A DNA stretch of 64,000 bases, taken from assembly GCA_044892525.1 (NCBI GenBank), contig CM097885.1:3350001-3414000 (forward strand), in the 5' to 3' direction. Shown here in pieces: positions 39,301-51,549 of the stretch (position 1 is the stretch's first letter; each line of letters starts with the position of its first letter). This stretch comes from Schmidtea polychroa. Its lineage: Eukaryota. A program made the position numbers and the translations under genes. Under the pieces are notes generated by a model that saw nothing but the letters and a program-made list of their open reading frames with translations, was not told the origin of the DNA and ran no database searches.

Positions 39301-39828
39301 ATGTTTCTAAAAGCAAGGGTGAAAAATATTAGGAAATTAAGAAAAAGTATTAGAAAGAGTATTAAAGTTCCAAAAGTTCCACCAACAACTAGTTATACAC
39401 CATCTAAAAAACTTGTAACTGAAAATTTCTCTGCAATGAATCTTATTTCGAAAAATCCTAAACCTAAACGTAAAACCCGTAAAACCCGTAAAACCGGTAA
39501 AAAAGTAGTTAGAAATCATCGCAGTTTTCCATTTTTTAATGCATTGTTAAAGGCCCCGAGTATGAAAAGAATGAATATATTGCAATCATTCCCAAATTTT
39601 GTTGTCGATGATTTACTCAATATTATACTTAAAGTAGTCAAAGGCAAAATTAAAATCAGTAAATCAAAAAAGCATTTATTGAGCAAACATAATAAACCAT
39701 TGTTATCTTTAGTAAATAATAAATATCGTAAGCAAATGAGGAAAATTATATATAAAAAACAAGGTGGATTTATTGGTGCATTGATACCTCTGGAATTATC
39801 ATTATTAGGTGGAGTTACACATTCATAA
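39301..39828 (+). CDS. Basic core protein, element A
   Basis: K/R-rich, C-terminal QGGFIGALIP. Confidence 0.7.
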   Translation: MFLKARVKNIRKLRKSIRKSIKVPKVPPTTSYTPSKKLVTENFSAMNLISKNPKPKRKTRKTRKTGKKVVRNHRSFPFFNALLKAPSMKRMNILQSFPNFVVDDLLNIILKVVKGKIKISKSKKHLLSKHNKPLLSLVNNKYRKQMRKIIYKKQGGFIGALIPLELSLLGGVTHS

Positions 39829-39889
39829 ACAATGGGTGCTAATCCTTCATTGCCCGACATTTAATTTAATTTTAAATCTTCTTGTTGTA

Positions 39890-40277
39890 ATGGAGAAGAT
39901 TTGGACGAACCCAGAAGACGAAGCCGGTTTCGGTGGAGTGGCAAAATTAAAGAAAAGAGTGCCGAATTCGAAAAAAGAAACCCAGAAGTGGTTATCAGAT
40001 CAGCTTGCGTACAGTTTGAACAAACCAATGCGGAAAAGATTTCCAACAAGAGCGTATAAAACATTTGGTATTGACGATTTATGGCAAATGGATTTGATGG
40101 AGATGATACCTTATTCGAAAATTAACAATGGGAATAAATATATTTTAACATGTATTAATGTATACAGCAGGTTTGCACGAGCAATACCAGTCAAGGCAAA
40201 ATCTGCAGAAGAAATGTCCAAGGCAATTAATATTTTATTTAAAGATGGACATCCTAATAACTTGCAAACAAATTTAG

Positions 40278-40356
<79 letters not shown>

Positions 40357-40357
40357 T
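39890..40357 (+). pseudogene. Truncated integrase; second catalytic Asp changed to Asn; sequence lost inside the (ATT)n intron
   Basis: QTNLG here versus QTDLG in element C; donor at 40278; no exon 2. Confidence 0.9.
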
Positions 40358-40890
40358 TAAATCCAGATTGGACCTGTTAGAAGCGACAAAAAAGAGAAAA
40401 AACAGTAGAGTAGATGGATTGGTCACCGCGAAAACCGGTCACCGCTGGATTTAAGTGTAACAATGTATAGGCAGAATTTAATTTTCTACAAAATGGCACA
40501 ATTACAATTTCAGTTTGTTTCTTTGTCTGTAATACACACATGCTTTTTCAATAAATTTGTATTTTTCCGCGTGGTTAACGTAATTTTCTTGGATTTTTAT
40601 TCATATAATATATAGATAAAATTTAATTTTCTATAAAATAGCTTGATTAAAATTTATGTATCTTGTTTTGTGTGTAATACACACATGTTTTTACAATAAA
40701 TTTCTATTTTTCATACATTTAACGTAATTTTCTTGAAATTTTATTCATATAATATATAGATAAAATTTAATTTTCTATAATTATAATTGGTTAAAAACTA
40801 TGTATCTTGTTTTGTGTATAATACACACATGTTTTCCTGATTTTTTTTTATTATTAATATTATTTTTAATTTTTTTTTTAAATATTAATA

Positions 40891-40957
<67 letters not shown>

Positions 40958-40996
40958 TAATATTAATAATATTAATAATAATAATAATAATAATAA

Positions 40997-41102
<106 letters not shown>

Positions 41103-41247
41103 TAAATAATAAAAATAATAAAAATAATAATAATAATGATAATAATAAAAATAATATTAATAATATTAATAATAATAATAATAATAATTATTATAATAAT
41201 AAAATAATAATAATAAAAGTAAAAATAATAAAAAATAATAATAATAA

Positions 41248-41291
<44 letters not shown>

Positions 41292-41333
41292 TAATAATAA
41301 TATAAATAATAAAAATAAAAATAATAAAAATAA

Positions 41334-41374
<41 letters not shown>

Positions 41375-41531
41375 TAAATAATAAAAATAATAATAATAAT
41401 AATAATAATAATGATAATAATAAAAATAATATTAATAATATAAATAATAATAATAATAATAATAGAAAAAAAATAATAAAAAAAAAATAATGATAATAAT
41501 AAAAAAAAATAATAATGATAATAATAATAAT

Positions 41532-41573
<42 letters not shown>

Positions 41574-41955
41574 GATAATATTAATAATATTAATAATAAT
41601 AAAATAATAATAATAATAATAGTAGTAATAATAATAATAATTTCTAAATAAAATAAGATTTTGAAGAAAACAATCATGGAAATATTGAAAATCATGAAAA
41701 TATTGAAAATAATCATGAAATTAATGCAAATTATGAAAATTTTAAATAAATCAACTTTAGTGTCAAAATGTGTTTTTAAAATATATTTAAGTTTTAAAAT
41801 ACCGCAACGTAATGTATTTATTCTTTTTCCTATTCCTTCCTTGATTTGATTGGACCGGAAAATATTCATTTTCTTTATAAGCAGTTACAATTTTCAAAAT
41901 CGTCACAATTAATTTTAAATTTTACAAATTTTCGACTAAAAAATTTCGATTAAAA

Positions 41956-42257
41956 ATGGACAGTGAATTAGATAATATTTTACGCGCCATGTTGGCAGGA
42001 GAAAACGGTAAATTATTTTAGTATTATTATTATTTATTATTATTTTAGAGAATTTATGGTATGAAGTCACCGAGGCCGACAACTATAGTCAAGATCTGCC
42101 AATTATTAATAGTGCCGACGAAGATGTTTTATTAAGTAAGTTTATTTTTAAAAATTTAATTGAAATTAAAAATTGTTTAGTTGATCAAACAATTAATGAT
42201 GGTGAAAATGATATTGAGGCCGATACTCAAAATATTATCATGGAATCAAAATGTTAG
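41956..42257 (+). CDS. Small spliced acidic protein, about 3 exons
   Basis: MDSELDNILRAMLAGEN|ENLWYEVTE...ESKC*, homologous to 54960-55636 with the same first intron position. Confidence 0.7.
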
Positions 42258-42665
42258 TTATATTTTATTATTATTTTAAAAAATTGATTTAAAATTATGA
42301 AAATGTTCCTGAATATAATCATGAAAATAATAAAAATAATAATAATATTATTAAAAAATAATAATAAAAATACTGAAAATTATGAAAATGTTAAATAAGT
42401 CAACTTTAGCGTCAAAATGTGTTTTAAAATATATTGAAGTTTTAAAATACTGCAACGTAATGCATTTATTTTGATTGGTCAGAATATATTTATTTTTCCT
42501 ACCCCTTCCTTGATTTTGATTGGTCAAAATGTAATCATGTGTAATATATAAGCAGTAACTTTTCAAATGTTTGTCATTTAAACTTTTAATTTAACTTAAA
42601 TAAGTGAATAATTTTTTATTCTCTATTTTTTTTTCTCTATTATTTTCTTTATTATTTTCTTTTAG

Positions 42666-44554
42666 TGAACGGATGCAGTTTATATAAATATTGTATTGCC
42701 GAAAGTCATGAAGATGTTGAGAACTGTAAATCAGTTACATCATCATATTTCAAGATAAATGACTCTAGCTTATTGGGTTACATATGTCCGAAATGTCTCA
42801 TTATAACACCAGGTAGGTGGTTAATGTTTGTACGACAACACGGACACCATCTTAGAAGATTCGAAGAAACGAAGAGCAGTATGATCACTAAAAGTAATAC
42901 TCTTTCTACAATTAACAATTATTAATTTTTTTTTATAGTACAATCGAAAATGAATACATCATACGATCCTAAGCCGATTAAAGAATATGTTACAAGTTAT
43001 GTTATTTAAGTTGTTTAATATTAATTATAAATATAGTTAGACAAAACTCTGGCACCACAAAACGAAAGTCAATATTTTACGGAAATGGAGACTCTAACAT
43101 ACAATTGTGTCCACGTCGGGAGTCTGACTTAAATGGTTCTCGAGTTGAATTGACAAGCGATGTATCTGCAATTAATTCTCCTGACATTGTTGTTCCAGAT
43201 TGTCTCATCAAAGAAATAGAAGATCATATTCAACGAATGGGGACAGTAAAAATCCAATTTGGACTTTGTGCAGAGTTTATCAAAGAGGATGGTGAAATTA
43301 AAAAATGGTGTTTGTCAAATAAAGCAATTACAATGTCATCTTCATTTATTAATGATGGAATTGAAAAATTAAAAGAAAAGTTGGAGAAATACACTCAACA
43401 AAGTAGTGGGTGGAGAATTCATAAAATATTAGAAGTTACTATGATTTTAACTAAATTATCAGACATAATACATGTATCTGGTAAGATTATTTACATTATT
43501 ATATATATAAATCAAGAGATTACTTAGGTTCAAGTTACATTAAAACGCCAAATTACCTGAAAAACTGTCTGGCTTTAGTTAATGTACACAACAATGATCA
43601 ATTCTGCTTTTTATATAGCACACTGGCTGTATTACATTATGATGACATAAAACACCACAGAGAAAGAGTAATGAAATATAATTTAAGTGGTAATATATAT
43701 TTATATTTATATATTTATATTTATACATATATTATTTTATTTAGAGTTAAAATGGAAATCAGATTGGTTTCCAATGAAGTTGGTTAACATTTGCCAATTT
43801 GAGGCAATGAATCCAAATCTAGCGATCAATGTTCTCAAATATAATAAGGATCCAATTAAACAGAATAGTGAAAATATTTTCAAGAATCCGTTCGTTGACT
43901 TGGTATATAGAAGTACTTCGACGGGATCTCAGATATATCTCCTATTGATTGAGGAAGGTAATATTTCTTTTAATCATTAAAAATATTAACTAAATTTTAG
44001 AATTAAATTATCATTATTTGGCTGTAACCAATCTCGATCGACTGCTCAATTACAGAGATAGAGTAGAAGGAGTCAGAATCCAATCACATTGGTGTCATAC
44101 GTGTCTTCACGGATTTCGAAAACGTCCTGCTTTTGAAAGACATATAGGTCTTTGTAGGAAGAATGTGGAGCGGACGACTCTATACTCAATGCCAGAGAAT
44201 AAATATATCGAATTTAAAGACTGGAGTAAAACTATAAAACAGCAGTTTGTTGTGTACGCGGACTTTGAATCAATATTACCTCTAGACGACAAACACTTCC
44301 AAAAACATGAGCCGATTGCATGTGAATTTGTGCTTCTTCATCAAGGTTGTCCGATTCGAAATGAAACATTTGTTGGGAAAAATTGTATCATTCAGTTTAT
44401 ACAAGCATTGGATGATATAGCTAAAGACATAGTTTATCCGTGGTATAAAATTAATGGATCGAATGAAATGATGGAACTCACTTGGGAACAGCAGGAAGAA
44501 TTTACGAATCAAACTCATTGCTACCTTTGTAAAAAGATTATCAATATACCTGTT
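42666..44554 (+). pseudogene. Element B protein-primed DNA polymerase, 5' part; introns 43481-43527, 43690-43744, 43958-44000 and probably two more upstream
   Basis: Spliced product is colinear with C pPolB (GSSYIKTP, NVHNNDQFCF, PMKL.NI..FE, HYLAV, VYADFE); start codon not resolved. Confidence 0.88.
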
Positions 44555-45801
<1,247 letters not shown>

Positions 45802-46363
45802 TTGATGTACTACTATTTGCAGCAATATTGTTTGAAATTGGTAACGTTGAATTGATTTTCAGAGATTCTATTGATCCTTTGATTGTTTGAATTTCTCTTA
45901 ATAATAATTCAATCTTTTTTAACAAATAATCATGCTTCTTATCAATAATTTTCATATTCTTTTTATTTTCAGCAATGGAGTTATTGAAAACTTTAATATG
46001 ATGAATCAATTCAAATTTAATATTTTGTATATATTCAAATGATAGTTCATAACTGTTTTCTAAATTCTCCAATCTTTGAGATATTCTTTTTCCTGGATGC
46101 TTTGACCATTTTGGTTTGTCGAGAATATATAAAATATCCATCAACTTGGCTGTATTCGGACAAACACATATTGATTTATTAAAAGACTCCACTGTTATTG
46201 TTGTATTGTGTGAGCACACACTCGTTATAATAATTAGCAATATGAATATAGTTTTCATGGTGTATCAAATCAAAACCTTTCTTTTACATTTATAGCCTAT
46301 AAACCAATCAAAATCCTCCGGTATTAGTATAAATAAAACATCATATTTTAAATTATTGTAAAA

Positions 46364-46884
46364 ATGTCTCAATTTATGGAAAATCTTTTAAGAGAACTCG
46401 TCAACAGGAATATTATGGAAAGCATATGTTTCCTGGTCGATCGAACCGAAAAGGTCATAGAAGGTAATCACATTGATTATGAAGATGTGATCAATTCCGA
46501 TTGTCTGGAAACCAAAAAATTCTATTTTAATAGAATTTTTAACTGTCTATGCGACGATCAGATGAAGTGGACCCGAATACTAGTAGGGTTCGCTTATATG
46601 AAAATAATTATCGAAAGAAGTCTATGGGACTCAGAGCACTATTATCAGTGGTCTCAAGAAGTAATACTTTTATAATTTATATTTTATTAATATTTATTTT
46701 TTAGATAATCAAGTCAAAGTTCCAACCATGGATTGAAGCCAATGGCGGATGGGGCGTATTCAATCAACTCGCTAGAAATGCGAAGGAAATTGATGAGCAG
46801 AAAAGAAAATTTAAAAACTATGTAAAACTTGCAACAGGTGTTGCTATTTTGTATATTTTATCAAGATTTTTAAATAAAAATTAA
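46364..46884 (+). CDS. Bcl-2 family protein, 158 aa; exons 46364-46660 and 46705-46884
   Basis: BH1-like DDQMKWTRILVGFAY, BH2 PWIEANGGWGVF, tail anchor LATGVAILYILSRF; phase-0 GT-AG intron. Confidence 0.87.
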
Positions 46885-46955
46885 TATAGTTATTTTTGTT
46901 TGATTTTTAAATAAAATTTTAAATAAATTTACAAACACTAATTAACTAAGATTTA

Positions 46956-47329
46956 TTAATTAACACATTCGCAGTCGTCATCTCCACATTTCATTATATT
47001 TTCAACGACATGATCAATACAATCATTCGTAATATTATCTTTAGGTTCCTCTATAGGTTCCTCTATAGGTTCCTCTATAGGTTCATAGATTTCCTCATCA
47101 ATTTCTTGAGTATCGGTTTCTTGAGTTTCTTCCTCATCATCAAATCCTGTATCTTGACTCTCAACTATCCAGCCGATATTTAAGGCATTTGTAATAGATA
47201 ATATGTCCTCAATTTTCACACCAGATATTTCTGCTAACTTTTCCAACAAAAAGTTGATTAAAAATTCTAAATAATAAATAATTCGGTAATTAATTAATCA
47301 TGTTAACCTTTTTCTGCAGTCATTTTCAT
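46956..47329 (-). CDS. Small acidic protein with EEPI repeats; intron 47267-47307
   Basis: Splicing gives MKMTAEKEFLINFLLEKL..., 110 aa. Confidence 0.72.
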
Positions 47330-47455
47330 CACTTTAAAACTATATTATAATTTTGTTTATATATTTTCTTTGTTAAATTTGCATGTCATTTGCATTTATG
47401 TTGCAATTAATAAAGAGAAAAACAAATCTGACTAATACATTTATTAAATATAACA

Positions 47456-47866
47456 TTAAAATATTTGTGAAAGTCTAGCAGACATAATTTTCCAAATAGG
47501 AGAATATACATCATTATTATCAACTTTATATCCCTGGATTGCTATAGTTATATACCAATTTTCATTTTCTTTGAAACTGATTTCATCAAAAGCATCATAA
47601 AATCTTGCATATCTATTGTTGAACCATGCATGTTGATTACACGATAGATTCGAATCTATCCGTTTAAAAACATCATCAATAGTTTTGACATCAATCATTG
47701 AAAGCGTGCCGGATAAGAATTCGAATTTAGTCGGAATTAGCTTGACTGGTGCAACCAATTTCATATTGATTTCTTCTTTCAAAAAATACATTTTGTAGTT
47801 GTGGAACATTTGAACTGGTTGTACCATTTCTTTAGGTTTTTCGGTGCTTGAAATTTTCTTGGTCAT
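47456..47866 (-). CDS. Hypothetical 136-aa protein, possibly an OB-fold ssDNA-binding protein
   Basis: Conserved in A; beta-rich aromatic C-terminus; fold assignment speculative. Confidence 0.7.
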   Translation of the reverse strand: MTKKISSTEKPKEMVQPVQMFHNYKMYFLKEEINMKLVAPVKLIPTKFEFLSGTLSMIDVKTIDDVFKRIDSNLSCNQHAWFNNRYARFYDAFDEISFKENENWYITIAIQGYKVDNNDVYSPIWKIMSARLSQIF

Positions 47867-48019
47867 CGTGAATAATGAATAAATTTAAATGTTACAGGGT
47901 TTTTATACCTTTGAGTCATGTCTATCAACCAATCAGATGATAGCATGTCTTTGTTTAAAATTGCAGGTCATTTGCATTAATGCTGCATTTATGTTCTATT
48001 AATGTTTTATTATTATTAC

Positions 48020-48070
<51 letters not shown>

Positions 48071-48145
48071 TTCTATTATTATTACTATTTATATTATTAC
48101 TATTTTAAATATAAAGAAAAAACACAATTCAAACACGAAATACAT

Positions 48146-48563
48146 TTATTCGTAACCCAAATCAACAATCCGGGAGTAGTGAAACCTTCTCAGAGTTTTC
48201 ACTAACTCCCATTCGACATATCGCCGATATCGATCGGCACAACATGAGCATCCGATGATGCACTGGTACTCTGGCTCCATTTGTTTGATGGTTCTGTTGA
48301 TCTTAATATCCCACAGGAACTGGTGAAATACCTCCATTATTCTAATTTGAGTAGCGTAGAAAATGAGGTCCGGAATTATTTCTGCTTCTCGATCCTTGAT
48401 AATTTCAATAATTTGAGGATAATAATATTTCATCCTATCGATCATAACTTTTAAATATTTTTCTAAAATAATAAATAGTAAATAATGTGAAAATAAAAAT
48501 TTTAAATTTACCGGAATCGTCAATATCCTTCATGAGGGTTGCAGAGCTTGGTAATTTGTACAT
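48146..48563 (-). CDS. Hypothetical 122-aa protein with CIIGCSCC; intron 48463-48511
   Basis: Removing the 49-nt GT-AG intron restores colinearity with 37630-38046. Confidence 0.75.
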
Positions 48564-48636
48564 GATGTTGAAAAAATGAATTCTAAACAAAAACCGTTTG
48601 TTTAAATCAATCAATAACCAATAAGAAACTAACCAA

Positions 48637-49074
48637 TTAGAAATCAACCAATGAAATTATCTCATTTCGAACATTGTCAACAAATTCTCTATACTCCAAA
48701 TTTCTCAACCCTAGCATGACAACCTTTCCACTAGCAAACACGTTGACACATATAGGGTTATATTTTAATAGTCTTAGTGCCGGAAACAATTCCGGTTCAA
48801 ACATACAATCACATTTTTTCGACATGTTATATAGATTGATAGTATATCCTATATCCATAGTAACGGTAATTGATTGGATTATAATATTTTTTATTCGATA
48901 TTGTAATTTATTAATATCCAAAGGTTTCTTACATCCCATGATTCGACACTTACCAGTCTTGAAAAATATTATCGGATATTTCCCGCTTCTATCGATAATT
49001 TGCTGGGGTTTCCCTGGTGGGAACCTCATATTCGATACATCAAAATTTCCTCGATAATTTATATTAGCTAACAT
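48637..49074 (-). CDS. Minimal TATA-binding-protein-like factor, 145 aa
   Basis: Two TBP half-repeats: LANINY..IFFKTGKCRIMGCK and IQSIT..INL..FEPELFPAL..VFASGKVVMLG. Confidence 0.88.
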   Translation of the reverse strand: MLANINYRGNFDVSNMRFPPGKPQQIIDRSGKYPIIFFKTGKCRIMGCKKPLDINKLQYRIKNIIIQSITVTMDIGYTINLYNMSKKCDCMFEPELFPALRLLKYNPICVNVFASGKVVMLGLRNLEYREFVDNVRNEIISLVDF

Positions 49075-49172
49075 TATTAAATCATTTATGAAAATTAGTC
49101 TTTATATACACATTGAGCACGAGTTCATTAAATCATCGAATATAAACAAATACACATATATAAAATTTTGAA

Positions 49173-49799
49173 ATGGAATTAAGAAATGATGCAGTATACC
49201 AAATCGTTGGTCCGAGTGGTAGTGGAAAAACATTATTTGTTTGTAAATTACTAAAATCAAATTTATTCAAATCAAAATTCAACAGGATTTATTGGCATAG
49301 GGGTGCTGATGAAGAACATGGATTAACTCAATCAAGTTTCTGTAAATTAAAAAACATGAAAATAGTAAAGGGATTCGATAAAAACTGGTCCAGCCGATTA
49401 AAGAAAGGTGATGTCATTATTATCGATGATTTGTATCAAGAAGCTAATAAAGAAAAAGATTTTAATAATTTATTTACAAAGATCAGCAGACATGTCGGTG
49501 TAACAGTTATTTTCATAACACAAAATCTATTTCATCAAGGTGGGGCACATCGAACACGTAATTTAAATGTACAATATTTAGTTATTTTCAAGAATCCTAG
49601 AGATGCAACAGTGATTGATTTTCTTGCACGTCAAGCATACCCTAATAATCGTAATTTTCTTATCAGTGCATTTCAAGATGCTACAAAAATACCTCATGGA
49701 TATATATTTCTTGATTTCACACAACAATGTCCCGATGATTTACGTGTAAAAACAGATATTTTCAACCCAAAAGGTGCCATGGTTTATAAACAAAGTTGA
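49173..49799 (+). CDS. A32-like packaging ATPase
   Basis: Walker A GPSGSGKT, Walker B IIIDD, SRH and ITQN motifs. Confidence 0.95.
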   Translation: MELRNDAVYQIVGPSGSGKTLFVCKLLKSNLFKSKFNRIYWHRGADEEHGLTQSSFCKLKNMKIVKGFDKNWSSRLKKGDVIIIDDLYQEANKEKDFNNLFTKISRHVGVTVIFITQNLFHQGGAHRTRNLNVQYLVIFKNPRDATVIDFLARQAYPNNRNFLISAFQDATKIPHGYIFLDFTQQCPDDLRVKTDIFNPKGAMVYKQS

Positions 49800-49817
49800 A
49801 AACCTCTATGAATAATA

Positions 49818-50345
49818 ATGTTTCTAAAAGCAAGGGTGAAAAATATTAGGAAATTAAGAAAAGGTATTAGAAAGACTATTAAAGTTCCAAAAGTTCCACC
49901 AACAACTAGTTATACACCGTCTAAAAAACTTGTAACTGAAAATTTCTCTGCAATGAATCTTATTTCGAAAAATCCAAAACCTAAGCGTAAAACCCGTAAA
50001 ACCCGTAAAACCGGTAAAAAAGTAGTTAAAAATCATCGCAGTTTTCCATTTTTTAATGCATTGTTAAAGGCCCCGAGTATGAAAAGAATGAATATATTGC
50101 AATCATTCCCAAATTTTGTTGTCGATGATTTACTCAATATTATACTTAAAGTAGTCAAAGGCAAAATTAAAATCAGTAAATCAAAAAAGCATTTATTGAG
50201 CAAACATCGGAAACCGTTGTTATCTTTAGTAAATAATAAAAATCGTAAGCAAATGAGGAAAATTATATATAAACAACAAGGTGGATTTATTGGTGCATTG
50301 ATACCTCTGGCATTATCATTATTAGGTGGAGTTACACAAACATAA
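49818..50345 (+). CDS. Basic virion core protein with a putative adenain cleavage site
   Basis: K/R-rich; QQGG followed by hydrophobic FIGALIPLALSLLGG. Confidence 0.72.
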   Translation: MFLKARVKNIRKLRKGIRKTIKVPKVPPTTSYTPSKKLVTENFSAMNLISKNPKPKRKTRKTRKTGKKVVKNHRSFPFFNALLKAPSMKRMNILQSFPNFVVDDLLNIILKVVKGKIKISKSKKHLLSKHRKPLLSLVNNKNRKQMRKIIYKQQGGFIGALIPLALSLLGGVTQT

Positions 50346-50406
50346 ACAATGGGTGCTAATCCTTCATTACCCGACATTAAATTTTATTTTAAATCTTCTT
50401 GTTGTA

Positions 50407-50794
50407 ATGGAGAAGATTTGGACGAACCCAGAAGACGAGGCCGGTTTCGGTGGAGTGGCAAAATTAAAGAGAAGAGTTCCGAATTCGAAAAAAGAAACCC
50501 AGAAGTGGTTATCAGATCAGCTTGCGTACAGTTTGAACAAACCAATGCGGAAAAGATTTCCAACAAGAGCGTATAAAACATTTGGTATTGACGATTTATG
50601 GCAAATGGATTTGATGGAGATGATACCTTATTCGAAAATTAACAATGGGAATAAATATATTTTAACATGTATTAATGTATACAGCAGGTTTGCACGAGCA
50701 ATACCGGTCAAGGCAAAATCTGCAGAAGAAATGTCCAAGGCAATTAATATTTTATTTAAAGATGGACATCCTAATAACTTGCAAACAGATTTAG

Positions 50795-50862
<68 letters not shown>

Positions 50863-50876
50863 ATTATTATTATTAA

Positions 50877-50919
<43 letters not shown>

Positions 50920-51549
50920 TTAGGTAAAGAATTCTACAATAGCAAAGTTAAGCAAATCCTCGATAAACTGAAAATAAATCATTACTCGGTACATTCTCAA
51001 TACAAAGCTGCCCATGTTGAAAGATTTAATCGAACATTGAGAGATAGATTAAAGAAATTGTTCGTGCATCAAGGTAATAAAAAATGGGTAAATGCTTTAC
51101 CCAAAATAATAACAAGTTATAATCATTCATCACATCGAGGACTGAATGGATTGAGACCGGTTGATATTACATCAAAAACATCATTATCTAAAAAATCTGT
51201 AAAAATTACAAAACCTAAATATAAAGTCGGTGATCATGTTAGAATTAGTAAAATTAGTGCATCACCATTTATTAAAAATTTTGATACAAATTGGAGTGAT
51301 GAAGTCTTTGTAATTTCAAAAATAAATACTAAACAGAATCCTGTAATGTATGTCATCAAAGACAATGATAATAATATTGTACAGGGGAAATTTTATGAGC
51401 AGGAATTACAAGTCATTCCTCCCCCAAAAGTATTTAGAATTCAAAAAATATTGAAAACTAAAAAGGTCGGTAAGGATAAACAATACTATATCAAATGGCA
51501 CGGTTATCAAAACCCGTCATGGATATCGTCAAAAGACCTAGTAAAATGA
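50407..51549 (+). CDS. Retroviral-like DDE integrase with C-terminal chromodomain; intron 50795-50923
   Basis: WQMDL, QTDLG|KEFYN after splicing, VERFNRTL, YKVGDHVRI; chromodomain IQKILK..YYIKWHGY..SW. Confidence 0.95.

Noticed and set aside
48674..49057. Antisense and overlapping shadow ORFs (also 38156-38539, 50033-50377, 50349-50576, 56755-57177)
   Set aside because: They overlap well-supported genes and show no motifs
50326..51549. 407-aa integrase with a transmembrane poly-Ile segment
   Set aside because: The tract is a GT-AG intron; splicing restores QTDLGKEFYN, and the likely start is 50407
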